Notes: generated from the letters alone by a model not told the origin. 63,804 nucleotides of DNA, filler included, from Phoronis australis (GCA_002633005.1; 8 parts of 8 records of this genome joined end to end with filler, not necessarily neighbours in it); one strand, 5' to 3'; positions 40,401 to 53,218 are shown, counted from the whole stretch's first letter. Numbers and translations: made by a program.

Positions 40401-43324
40401 GAGTAACAAATTATAGATTATTGTTATTTCCCATATCTTGACCCCAAGTGGGATTTGGAGGATTAGGGTAAATACCTGCTGAGCTCGTGTACTAATTTAT
40501 TTATCCACATCTTGACAATAAACTGTACAAAACTCATGAATATTTAAATGCAGCTATATGCAGAGTAGTGTATCAGCGTAGTGTATCAGCATAGTGTAGC
40601 AGCATAGTGTATCAGCGTAGTGTATCAGCGTAGTGTATCAGTGTAGTGTATCAGTGTAGTATAGCAGCATAGTGTATCAGCGTAGTGTAGCAGCATAGTG
40701 TAGCAGCGTAGTGTATCAAATTAGACACTTGAGCGTCTTCTATCACGGAACATTGCAACATGTCCGTCACGTTTCTTGACAACCATGATCTCTCATGAGA
40801 GATAACTCTATGGGTTATTACCTTGTAGTTATTTACTGTTCAACTTCAAGCTTGCATTGGCAGATAAATGCTATTATGATGAAAAAGGATTTCATTTCTA
40901 TTTTATCAAAGTCTGTTTAAGCAAGTTTTCTCATCATTCAACACAACTTCTTCAGTTTCCAGTGGATCCAGTGGCTATGCTTCAGATCTCAACCGCCAGG
41001 TGTCTCTAGTCTCAAATGAGCCGGAAAACAATGTTGTCGATGGTGTCAATGGTCCCTTTGATGATAGCGAAGATGACAATGATCGCCCTGTAGATGGCAT
41101 GGTTTTTTATGCTGCTCATGATTATGACAGTGCTGAGAAATGGATTGAAGATATCAGGGACAATGTCGAACTTAAAAATGGTAAGATTCTTGGCAGTTTG
41201 AGCATTAAACATTTCTCCTGTCATTGTGGAGAATTAGAGAGAGGGCCTTTCCAAAATATTCCATAACTGCTGACCTCATAAAATTCATGTGTGTTGATTG
41301 TTGTAACCAGCATAGCTTACTATCAGGTTCAAGCTTGTGTCTGCTTGAACTTCATTGGAAGAATAAATATCGAAATTCAGGGCTTCACACTTAGCTTGAC
41401 GCCAAGATCTGAAGGTGCATTTGACGACTTGGCAAAAATCGGAGGTCACCAAACAAAATCTGAGGTTGCCAAAACTGACATTAAAATCGTCAAAAAAGGT
41501 CGTGCCGTACTCCGTTCTTAGAAACTTTTGCGTACCTCTTCAATTTCTCCCTGAAAAAATGTGTACCATTTATTCTTTTACTCATATGCACTGGAGATGA
41601 AACGCAGGCGATCGCATACACTGGAGGCACGTGTTTCACCAATCTTGCCCGATTTTTGCTGAACAATTCCGACATCTGTCTGTTTACTTCCTGTTGTAAT
41701 TTAAGCACATGTTTAATGTGTAACACAACGGATTTTTGGGGAATTACTGTCTGACTTTGGTACTTGCAGTGGCGACTTTGTGGTGCCTTGGAATTTTTCC
41801 TAAGTCGCTAAAACACAATCTGAGGTCACATTGGGGACCTGCAGGTCACCAAATAGAGCACTAAAATTAAACCAAACCTTTTTTCAGGAAAACCTCCCGA
41901 ATTTCGATTATTTGAAGTTAACTATGGAAAGAGCAAGTTTCATGAGCTGGATAAGGCAATGCGTCGCAGTACATTCTGGTTGTTTTATTTGACAGCAGAG
42001 CCGGACCCTTTTATTTTGAAAGCTCGTGACGAATGTCTAGAAGAGGCCTTGTCAAACGAAAACCGTAGGTGGTCTATAATACCGATTTTTACTGCACCAA
42101 AAGACAAGTTGCCGGTGCCTTCTGGTCTAAAGTCTATAGCTGGCATTTATACAGTTAGCACAAATATTAAATCTGTGTATAGCAAGATGAGAAATACATT
42201 CAATGAAAAACTCGACGAGAGGCTTAAGAGAGAGAAGCGTTGGAGGACAAAGAAAGTGCAGACACAGAAGGAGAAAGCAGAAATTGAAGAGATGGATGAG
42301 TTACTGGAACGGGTGAAAGCGAAAAATAAAAGAGATAACCAGTTGATAGACAAGCGGTTGGAACTTGGAAAGGAAATGAATAAGGATACGCAAAAGGGTG
42401 CGCAGCGGGAGGCGCCTCGAAACGAGGAATGGCACAGGGAGCAGCAGAAGTTGGCAGCAAATCCAGTGATTGGTTCATCTCCAATGAGTGGTGTTCTGGT
42501 AATTTTGAGTCTTTGTCGGCATGATTTTACAAAATTTTCCTCTTGTTATTCTCTTTTTCATTGGTATACTTGACGGTGATTCCTTGAATGCATTGGTGAT
42601 TTGTCAGGCATAGGAGCTGTTACAGCTGACTTGAGTTGATTTCAAGTTGTGGCACATATCCTTGATGTATTCATTTTGTGCTTCTTGTACAGTAAATTCC
42701 AATAACAGGCGGACAAAATGACATGGAATTCTCTGTCAAAATGACTGAACTTAAGTGTAATAATGTCCCGTCCTTACAGCTAAGTGCTAACGGGGATTCA
42801 CTGCCAGAGTGCCTGGAATGAACCGTAATAATGGGAAAACAAATTTCTGTCCAGTTCTGTGTAAGTCAACAATACTAGTACCGTTCAAGGCAGCCCTGAC
42901 TGTTGTCAATTCTAGATTCCTCTGAGTCTTATCATAATTTTGGAACAACACTCACTCTTTTATTGGCACATTGTGTATTAACCGTGATGTCAAAGCGAAG
43001 GCATGCATGCTAGTCTAATGGAGATATTTGTGAATTTTTTTAATTGGAGACTGGGCTTAAGTGGTTGAATGTGGTTGGTTGCGAGGACAATTTGCATTGA
43101 CTGCTGTTTCTGGTGAAGAACACCCTCAAACAATTCAACATGTCAATATTTTTCAGCCAATAGACACTCAACGGGATAGGGTGAGTGATCAGCTCAACAG
43201 AGCTCCAGCTGATGTCAGGGTAGGTAACTCCCAGTCTTCACATTGTCACGCCAATGGAGCCTCAGACACCAGTTGCACCGATGAACGTGATGTGCCAGAG
43301 AGTCCTTTATATGGTATAAATTAG
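34267..43324 (+). CDS. TICAM/TRAM/TRIF-like TIR-domain adaptor protein with acidic N-terminus and C-terminal coiled coil (spliced)
   Basis: Phase-consistent GT-AG exons 34267-34303, 38077-38163, 40956-41180, 41888-42498 and probably 43157-onward. The spliced TIR reads DGMVFYAAHDYDSAEKWIEDIRDNVELKNGKPPEFRLFEVNYGKSKFHELDKAMRRSTFWLFYLT..DECLEEALSNENRRWSIIPIF..VPSGLKSIAGI, which follows the TRAM/TRIF TIR pattern (VILHA.DD..EA; G+..L..LD.A+..S..+++LT; S+IP; P..L..I..L). First exon and 3' end are less certain. Confidence 0.85.
34600..35320. repeat. Old diverged direct duplication (two copies about 460-500 bp apart)
   Basis: Shared blocks tagacggtg..cac, gcagtagagatg, tatgcctcacac, agaggga..cac..ggaggc.gtc in the same order in both copies. 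Confidence 0.7.
36310..36682 (+). repeat. Dispersed MITE-like repeat; second copy at ~41380-41865 in another intron of the TIR gene
   Basis: Shared gaggt(c/t)gccaaa and aacggatttt..gtctgacttt..caatctga(a/g)gtc..ctgcaggtca..gagcact blocks. Confidence 0.65.
40565..40718. repeat. 13-bp minisatellite (GTAGTGTATCAGC), about 12 copies
   Basis: Direct reading; intronic, ~240 bp upstream of TIR gene exon 3. Confidence 0.95.
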
Positions 43325-44606
43325 TCATGATTGTTTTGGTTTGTTACAAGTGCTGGGCCCTCAATGCTTCGATTTTGGGACTGAATGTCGATCCATTCCC
43401 TTCTGAAAATATTTAAATTTATGCAAAATTACCCCATGTCGTGAACACATCCACTAAAACAAGAAACTGTAGGAACACCGCATTTATCCACCTTCACTCT
43501 TATCAGGCTTCTATTGTGAGTCAGCATGCGTGAATAATTGGCTGATAAGCCACCTCTGGAACTACTTTGGGCTGAATGGATGACCAGGCCATAAAATGAT
43601 AATTAGCCAAGACCAGTTACTATAATGCAACAAAGAACAAGAATGTCTTGCATCACCTAGCCTTGGTGGAAAGCTGTATACTGTATTGGCTCAAACAAAC
43701 GCTTAGAAAAATTCATTTCACGGGGAGGGGACGCTTATTGTAGTGAGCCTACGGCAGTTGAAACCCGGTTTCCCAAACGGGTAAAATCGGAAGCTAGGAT
43801 TCATCAAATTTACGCTCTGTGACGTATTTGTAGCCTATGACAGCCTTTCTACAAAATTGTGGTGCATTGCTATCAACTTCCGTTGTTAAATTACGATAAT
43901 TTTTCAAAAAATTGTGCTCATCACAGGGCGAAAACTTGCCGACTGATGCGTCGCTGAATCGCGATCGTCAATAGGAAAACTTGTACTCTTGAATAAAAAT
44001 ATAGTTTCGACTCAACAAATTACCTGAAATCTTCCTGATGTTTTACAATTTTTAAAGTTCATGTGGAGTCCAGATTAATTGCGATTAAGTCCAAATGTGC
44101 GCTACATCGTACTCCACAACACGAGAAAAATCTCTGGATGAACACACATGTTGTTGTCACGTGACGTTTGTTTTGAAGGTCGTCTGCGTATGAGAGTGAG
44201 TGAGCGTGCGTGTGCGGGTCATCGACGATAGACTTTTTTTTTTCAAAAGGCGGAGGATTATGCAAGAAAATGGCGTTTACTAGATTGTTTTTCACTTAAA
44301 CGGCTGTAACGTGCAAGGTGAGTGCGCTCGCAGAGTCACATCTCGGAAGTTTCCGGTTTGACGGATGACAAAGAACGATCTCAATGAAATTACACAAAGT
44401 CGTTTTAGAGCTTGTAATAGCTATACAAAACGTATTTTGAGTATTAAAATGCATTTTTTCCAAAACCTAAATAACACACGGAGTAGTTCTACATTTATAC
44501 AATCCTAACTTGGGTCCTATATTTTTGTATTCGTGCGCGCCGAATGAAAGTAATCGTGAGTGTTTCTGTGTTGCAAAATCTCTTATCCTGGGCCGATTTG
44601 AAAAAT

Positions 44607-45237
44607 TCAAAGTTGTATTCGTATTTGTTTTCGCTCCTCTTTTCAAATATTACAGTAAAAACTACGTAAAATTCTCTCCATAAAAAGTACAGTTGTTAGG
44701 CTAGACTGTAATCAGCTGATCATATCCGCATGAGCGAAGTCAATTATCCTCGCTCGTGACTCGATGAATAGAGCAGCTTGGCGGCATCCCTTTGAGCATG
44801 AGCCGAGCGCGTCTCAGCCAAGGTGGATAAATACGGTCTAGTTCAATTTTCCATACCCCGCCGTTTACCTTAAACACCGGGGTTAGAACCAATTTTATTT
44901 AGTGGGAATGTTCATAGCATGTCAAAGTTGTATTCGTATTTGTTTTCGCTCCTCTTTTTAAATATTACAGTAAAAACTCCGTAAAAATCTCTCCATAAAA
45001 AGTACAGTTGTTAGGCTAGACTGTAACCAGCTGATCATATCCGCATGAGCGAAGTCAATTATCCTCGCTCGTGACTCGATGAATAGAGCAGCTTGGCGGC
45101 ATCCCTTTGAGCATGAGCCGAGCGCGTCTCAGCCAAGGTGGATAAATACGGTCTAGTTCAATTTTCCATACCCCGCCGTTTACCTTACACACCGGGGTTA
45201 GAACCAATTTTATTTAGTGGGAATGTTCATAGCATGC
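44607..45237. repeat. Near-identical two-copy tandem duplication, 315-bp period
   Basis: tcaaagttgtattcgtatttg...catagcatg starts at 44607 and at 44922. Confidence 0.95.
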
Positions 45238-47229
45238 CCAATCAGACCCAAACTCTCTCAATAAAAAATTCTTTTCCCAGAAGGCACAGACATCTCTCCN
45301 NNNNNNNNNNNNNNNNNNNNNNNNNNNNNNNNNNNNNNNNNNNTTAATTAATTAANNNNNNNNNNNNNNNNNNNNNNNNNNNNNNNNNNNNNNNNNNNNA
45401 TATGATTTAGAAATCTGGGGCACGTATTTTGTTTTCGTTTTGTAATAAAACTGCATCTAGTGCTTTGAAAGGGTATCCCATCTTCGGCCGAGTACGTCCA
45501 TAACCGCCTAGTCGAGTTCCATCCTCGGGATAGACATGATGTCTGGGTTTGAGATCTCACAAGTCGTTATTTCTTACCACCAAGCTTATTAAGATGCTTA
45601 TCATTGCGGGTAACAGTTGCAGTCGAGTCAGTATAAGGGAAATTTCAGGCATATTCTTCGCAATTAACTTCAATTTAAACACAGACTAGAACCCGATCGC
45701 ATTGCTTTGTTCGAAGTGCATAAAGTTGATGATTTCAGCCACTGACCTGTTCGTATTCTTTCCCTGGCACCAATTTTTGTGACAACACAGCTAGGTGCTC
45801 TGATTTAGGGAGCAGTGAATGCCTCGTGAATCCTCTGCCTGGGAGACATTGAACGTAAGCGCACCCTTTAGGTTGTTCCACAGCCAGGTTTTCTACGAAT
45901 GTAAGGTTTTCCTCAACCATACGAGAGTTTACTTAACGTATTTGTGAACTCTAAATAGAACTCCATTTTTGTAACATTCTACAGAATGGTTTCATTTTTA
46001 TTTTATACTTTTTGGATTAAATTTTAACCCAACCAATACATAGGTTTAAAACTCACACAAGAGAATTCCATGTGAAAGGGTGAAATTTTCATTGCAGCTC
46101 CTAACATGAATCCCTTTGGTAAAAATCTAGTCACTGCATAAGCCAACGCCAGCGCACGGAGTGTTAACTTATGAACATGTACGCAGTGGGATTTAATATG
46201 GTGACTGATAATTACGCAGTGAAGACCTAGTCAAAGTAAAGGTCAAGTGGAGTGTTTATCAGAACCGTTGGTATATAGAATCCTTTCATTGTAATTCTTT
46301 GTAAGCATTGGGGAAATAAGTAAAACATAATCTTCTGACACGTTATATGTTGGTCACATTACATGACTAATGGAATTGTTTTAAATTCTAGAGCTTACAG
46401 CCACCATTACTGCTCCTATGAATCGGTCATCAGTGAGAATCACCGATCGAGTGAAAAGTAGGAAAATAAATGGAATTTTAGGTGGTCTTTTAGTTACTGG
46501 CTGAAACAACAAGCGGCTGAGAAGACTTAAACTGTTTACCAATAAGGATCACATAAGGAATACAAGGTCCGCACCAGTGGTTGAGGCAAGAATGAATCAA
46601 GGTCTACAAGCATATACATGTACATGCATACAGCCCTTGACACGTCTAAAATGCTTGTGCCAAATCGGTTTTCAAAAACATTAAACCCTCAACGCTTACA
46701 TGTAAGCCCGTTTCGGGGCACCAAGCACTTCACTATTGTTAGTAAAATTCCGAGAACCCCAAGCGCAGTGAATGCTGGTGCGAAACGTAATTGAGCGTGG
46801 AAATACTTTTCCGAGCTAGCAACTTCACTTGAAAACAAAAAAAGTAATGTACTCTAAGTGGAATATGAAACTCTAATCTTCTTATAAAAGTGGCAGGCTT
46901 TTTAGCGACGGATATTCAGGGCAATGAAGTAGAGAATTGTGACAAAAGCGACAGCTTGCGCACTACTGCACTGTAGGCTATTATGTGGACTACTGTGTTC
47001 CTGTTGAAAGATAATGGCTACCTTGGCTAATTAAAATATGTACTCCAAACTATATTATTACGGTAATAAACGGTGCGAAAACGACCTTAAGCGGAACTTT
47101 CACGCTAATTAAGTACCTAGTCTGTGATTCTTGGTTAAATTAGTTAGAAACACAACATATAGCGACGATGTGACTATGAAGTAGTTTGGGAATTGCCAAA
47201 TGTTTTTAAGAACAAGTTTTGTATCGAAA

Positions 47230-48718
47230 ATGATCCCCGTAAATAATTCGACTGTGTCCAGTAAGCATCATGACGTATTGTTGGAGAATAACACTGATGC
47301 GGACTTTGCGTGCCCCCAAGGTACGTCATTAGAGCAAAGATCACCTATTTGCAGAATTTGTTGTTTTCACATATACATGTACCAGTCGTCAACAAGTACA
47401 ATTGCACTTTGTTTAGTGTAGGTGGCATTTAAATTGCATATAGTCATTTAGTCCCTACTTTACATTGGCAAAGTTGGGAACATGTAAATACATCTTTAAA
47501 AGTGCTCCATTTTTGATACTTTGGTGCCTCACATTTCCACAACGTCGTAAAAAGAATGAGAATCAAGCCGCAATAGGCGTGGTAATTTTAACGAAAGTAC
47601 ACACGATAATGTTTCACCTGTTCCAAAACACACGATACAGGAGTTTCATTTCCTGTTTACTTGAGCGCCGCTCTACGGCTATTTTGGTATTTTTTACTGC
47701 CTTAGAATTTATAGTTTTGTAAATATTTGGCTAAATGCGCAGGGTTGCAGACAAGGTTATAAAAAACCTTAAAACATCTGCATGGCCTGCAGCCCAGTGA
47801 TTCAAATAAAATTGCGTCTATTGATGAATTTCAGCATTTGTGACACGAAAGTAAAGACAATCAACGGACGACAGCCAAGAAGTGCCACGAGTAAAGACCT
47901 CCATGCACTGGGATGCTCTGGCTGGCGGCTGCGTTTTAATGGCTATTTCATTAGCAGTGGCCTGTTTGTTTCGGTCGAAGAAAAGAAAAATTTCGACACC
48001 AGGAAACGCTCAGCCCACTGCACCCGAGGAGGTTTCCGCGGCATCACTTGAGGTGACGCCAAATCGGAGTGGGCTTTTAGAGAAGTTCCCAAAGCGAAGG
48101 AGCTCCTCAGTCGAGTCTTACCAAACGTATCACCCACCAGGCTTGTCAAGAGAAAGTGTAGCCAACAATGTAGCAAAGAGTCAAACAACCCCCGTCCTCG
48201 AAATGGATCCATCGGTTCAGGGCGGCAGAGCACAGAATGCCTCCAAAGGGCTCGCGACGTCCCCGATACCAGATCAATCTTCGCAAACAAAGCAAACACA
48301 GAACAATGGAAGACCAGCCGCTGGCACCGCTAAGAGGAAGAGTTCTAGCGAAGACTCCTTGGAAGAGTCCACCGAATTTTCCGATGAGGTAAAACAGATC
48401 GCAACGCGGCTAGCCACCGTTGGTGAGGAGGTCACAGAACCAAAAGTGAAACCATCACGGTCTCCCAAAACGCCAACCAAGACATCTAGTAGACCATGCA
48501 CCCCTGTCATGAAGAAAGTTTCCGTCGACCAATACAAAACGGCCAGACCCCCGTCATTGGCAAAGTTGCAACATCACGTGGACACGGCAAAGCTGGAAAG
48601 GAGCCGGACGGACCTCTTGACCGCTTACGAGGAGCACGATCTTCAGAAATTAATGCAAGCCATTAGGACAGCGGAAGAAGAAGGGCTTGAAGTACTTCTT
48701 CATAAAGAAATTAGGATG
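47230..48718 (+). pseudogene. Single-pass membrane protein gene (short glycosylated N-terminus, TM, long S/T/P-rich tail, helical module) with in-frame TAA at 47852; 3' part lost in gap
   Basis: Exon 47230-47320 (MIPVNNSTVS..ENNTD..CPQ, G|gtacgt, phase 1) joins tttcag|47835; the frame reads AFVTRK*RQSTDD then continues into the 282-aa ORF with TM ALAGGCVLMAISLAVACLF followed by RSKKRK; ends at ATG|gtaaga donor at 48718. Confidence 0.6.
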
Positions 48719-50931
48719 GTAAGACAATAAGTTATTGGTAGAGTACACTATGGCTCTACAGGTCATGCATGCATCATAGTCACGTCATTTGCATTACCTA
48801 CATTGATGTCAGTCATTGTAAGTTGCAGAACAACGGTCCCGAGCTCAAGCCTCGGCCGGACAGTAATCTTTTCGGAGTGCAATTTTTAGGTGCCAGTTTA
48901 CTACCAAGACATTTTTCCTTTTGTGGCATATTATACCAAAGACGTTACTAAGGCCGCCGCTATTATTGTCATGAACCATGGCGACACCTAGCGGGGGTGT
49001 ATGCGCCGACGAAGTACGCTACACATCGACTACCATGTCCAACTAGTNNNNNNNNNNNNNNNNNNNNNNNNNNNNNNNNNNNNNNNNNNNNTTAATTAAT
49101 TAANNNNNNNNNNNNNNNNNNNNNNNNNNNNNNNNNNNNNNNNNNNNGCCATTTCCAAATAAGGCACCGCAATGCATTTTGGGACTGTAATGTCGGACTT
49201 GACGAGATCGAAGGCGTGTCTTTTTGGTCAACTTTCAAACGTAAAGAAAAATACTCCAAACTCATCTAAAACTCACTATATTTACGAAACCTACAAAAAA
49301 ACTTGTACGCCACGATATGATACAGGTTTCATGCAAGATGAGTAACATTTACTTTCATATTTTATACTATATTTCACGTTCCAAGCCACTTTAAGATTCT
49401 TAAGAAATACTCCAAAATCTGTTACAAAAGGTCTTATGAGCATCGACTGATGGTTTAGCTCTGTGTTTACACACAATTGACACTGATGTGACCTTTTCAA
49501 GTTTTTCCCCATGCCTCAAGATGGCGCTGGTCGGTTTAGCTATTTGAGGCTTGGTTACGGGAATTACTTTCTGCACAATGATTGACCGATGCCTTGACGT
49601 TACTGAACTAAGGCAGATGGTAATTAGGCTACTTTCACATTGCAGCCATTCATTCGACAGAAGGAATTGTTTTCGTTATTGTCTGAAATAAAGGTTGTAC
49701 TTATTTTCAATTCTTGTTGATGAATAGTATTAATCTGTTATCAAAATACATCATTTTTGCAATAATTTTTTTTTGTTTTGGAAACTCCGTAACCAATCCA
49801 CCATTCGCAACTTGGACAGTTCAATAGGATCAAGGAAATAAGGTTTCTGATGACTATGTGCTATTAGTGCATACATATGGGCACAAATACATTGCAGTAG
49901 TGCCAACCCCAGGCACATCTTTGAAAACAAACTCTTCCAAAAATGCAAGATTCTATTAGTCAATTTACAGCTGTACAACTTACGGGTAATGTTGCAGATT
50001 TCATTAAAATGAGTGAACAGGCCGTAAACATTTTCAAATATTTGATCGTAAATCACTATTTCCTGTTTGCAAATTTTACGTGAGCATGACTGTTTTCTAA
50101 TTTTCAATGCCCTTGATGTTTGTTTCTTTGTTTCATATGTTACCACTTAATTACATTTTTTGAAAAAAGACAAAATTTTTATCATCAGGGGTATCCAAAG
50201 GGCACAGGTTCAAATATGGTCAGGAATATTCCTGTTTATGTAATACCAGTCTGAGTGAGGTGTACACAGGTTTTACTTGGATTTAGAACAGTTTAAGCTG
50301 GGAGCCTAGGCTTGGCAAAGTTTTAGTGTCCAATCTTTATGTTTATTATATGGTTAGCCTATGGGTCATCGGGAAATTCCTCGTTTCACTTCACACAAAA
50401 ATCACCCCAAAAGCCGAGTGTCTGACCTTTTAGGATTATATTGTATTTGGAATTGTCAGACTCAGAGGCTGTGGTATAACTCACAGACGTCCTCAGTTCT
50501 GATCGTACCCAATTAATACACTATAAATATATACAAGATATGAGACTCAGGACTAAAAATTTCATGGGTGCTTAAGAGGTTCACTACAGCCGTCCATATT
50601 AAACGCAACACTCAGAAGTTTACACAGAACAAGGGATCAGCAAACCATGAGCAATTCAAAGGCGTCTTCAGCTTCTGATCGTCCCCAATACACTGTATAT
50701 AATACTACAAGGCATGGCACTCGGGACAAGGAATTCCACGGGTGCTTCATTTCAGCCGTCCGTATCAAACACAAAATTCAATAAATTTACGCAAAACAGG
50801 GTTTCAACAAGCCATTAGCAATTGTTCTTTCTTCTAATACCTATCACGGTCTCCTGCTCCAGCGAGGTTTCAAAAATTCTGCAGTCAAAGCACAAAAATG
50901 TTCCAAAAAAGCCGATGCGTATATATAGAGT

Positions 50932-52549
50932 TAGGGTGAGCAAACCAATATGGCGGAAAATCAGCAAGAGTGAAATCTTGCCATTTTTCATGATTTTCAC
51001 AAGCTCATATCTATTAGCATACTACGTGGTGGAAAAGTAAAAGTATGTCAATAAAATATTTAATTTTTCTTCTTTTTATTGATATCCATTACAAATTATT
51101 TGTGCATTAATGAGTATTTTTAAAAATTGAAGTAAAGCGAGCCCTTCACACAATTTTCACTCACCGGTAAACTCTTGTAACTTACAGTAGGGGTCAAACA
51201 TTCAGCTGCTAAATGGCCCGAACTGATTTTAATGATATTTATATCAAAATGCTAAAAAATTCTTCTTTCAACCCTGAGTGTACACTTTTTATTTTCTTGA
51301 CAAAAATATGAGAAAGTAATTTTTTCACTTTATCTCACCATTTTCACTGAGGAAAACTTCTAAACAGGTTTCTTCAGTCATTTTTCAAGAACCATGTTTA
51401 CCTTTCCAGGGGTCAAACTAAACTCGAAACTGATTGGTCGAATATTCTTTACAGAACCAGTCAAAACTTCTCTTAATAACAAAAAGTGGCCCAAACTGGT
51501 GAAATATTTTCAATGAAATAGTGTAGAATATTTTTAAAATTCATTTAACATCAGTTTTGAGGATAGATTATTTTTTCTATATTCGTCAAAACTAATTTTT
51601 GTTACACTTTTTCTAACTCGTGGTGGCCCTGGGATCAGTTTCATTTTTAGAAAATTACATTTTTCATTAAAATAAATGCAGTCAGCGCTGCAGTGCATCA
51701 AAACATTTTAAAATACCAATTCGCTCTTTTTGGCAAGTCACCAACACAACACCTCTCAGTTTCTATTTTGTATGATAGGAATGAAATTGATTTAAAATTC
51801 TTTAAAATTTTAGGGTCCAATTTAATTTCGCTACATGTTACTATTTTTTTTCAAATGGTGAGCATCATAAGATTGCGAAAACATTGATCTCATTTGGGAA
51901 AAGGGAATAATTCACATAACCTCACAGGTTATTCAAATAAATAACGAAATACTCTGAAAAATACAATCTTTCTGTTTTTTGTTCACTATGAGCTTATTTT
52001 TTATGGAAATTTCCTTGTTCAGAATTATTTCAAAATCTTTTGGAGCAAAAGAAACATTTTCACTAAGCCATAGTAATTCTTGAAGTGTTTTGTCATTTTC
52101 AAGGTAATAAGTTGCTTCCCTTTTAAAACACCACTTGTTCAGATTCGTTTCAGCGGCAAAAGTGTCCTCTCACAAGTTGAAAAGAAAACTAAGTTGATCT
52201 TGAATTTTTCAATTTTTGTTTTCCTGCTCGTGCAAAATATAATAGTTTGTGGTTTGGTGTCGATGGCATCTTGTCAACCTACTTGAAAGGACCTCTTTCT
52301 TGTTTTAGGAACACAGTAAGCTATGGTTTCCTAGACATAGCTTTCTAAACTTGCCATTTTTGTGGCCTGAAATTTCAGGGTGCTGTTTGCTGAAAAAAAT
52401 TTTTGAGGCTCTAAAATTTAAATAACTCGAGAACCTCGAAACCTATTTGACAAATTCAAGAAGCTGTATAAATGGCATGTCTAAAGCTCTCATTTAACAC
52501 TCTTTTCAAATGTTTCTGGTGAAATTTGTATTTTGGTTTGCTCACCCTA
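50932..52549. mobile_element. AT-rich non-autonomous DNA element bounded by 16-bp inverted repeats
   Basis: tagggtgagcaaacca (50932) and tggtttgctcacccta (to 52549); outer TA may be the target duplication; no coding capacity seen. Confidence 0.65.
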
Positions 52550-52632
52550 CTGTGATATAGGGTGTTGAGGACGATCAGAAACTGAGGACACTTGTGGCTG
52601 TGGCTGCAGCAGGACACCGTGAATGCTATCAG

Positions 52633-52773
52633 CATGGGCGGCGCAGCTCTGAAAAAAGTGGGGGGCTAAAGCCCCCTCAGCCCCCTGTAGTGCACCGCTT
52701 ATAGACCATGTGCGGTGTAGCACTGAAAAAAGTGGGGGACTATACCCCAGCCCCCTATGGTGCGCCACCCATG
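52633..52773. mobile_element. 141-bp dimeric MITE with 5-bp TSD (hAT5-like)
   Basis: TIR catgggcggcgca / tgcgccacccatg; ATCAG at 52628-52632 and 52774-52778; two internal ctgaaaaaagtggggg..cagccccct units. Confidence 0.65.
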
Positions 52774-53218
52774 ATCAGAAAAAATATTGTTCATGGTTTC
52801 TTGGACCCCTGTTTTGTGTACATTTATTGAGTTTTGTCTTTGATATGGTGATGGGCGAATCCCGAGTGTCATATCTTGTAGTATATTGTAGACCTAGTTT
52901 GTATTAGACGCAAGGCTTTCAAGATATCTACAGGCCATGGCGAGTTTTAAATCTTTGCTGAAAGTATGCATATTAATCATTTGAAGTCCCCCTTAATCAA
53001 GTCCTAAACATGCCGTGGTTTGTTTAATTTTATCATTACCAGCCCGCCATACAAATCTAAAAAATGTCGTAGGCCTACATGTATACAATTCATCCAAGAC
53101 TTTTACTGGTGAATTTGAAAAACTTGACAACAAAAAATTAAGTTTAAGGTTTTAATTACCGTTACTCTACCAAAAGGCGTTAAATTTCGCCGACTCCAAC
53201 TTTTAAATAAAAATTTAA

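Noticed and set aside
40565-40718. Regular short repeats as a CRISPR array
   Set aside because: Head-to-tail 13-mers with no unique spacers, in a eukaryotic intron
43157-48730. Fusion of the TIR gene to the downstream TM exon through a phase-1 splice 43313 to 47835
   Set aside because: It crosses an artificial spacer, meets TAA after six codons, and a nearer phase-1 donor exon exists at 47230-47320
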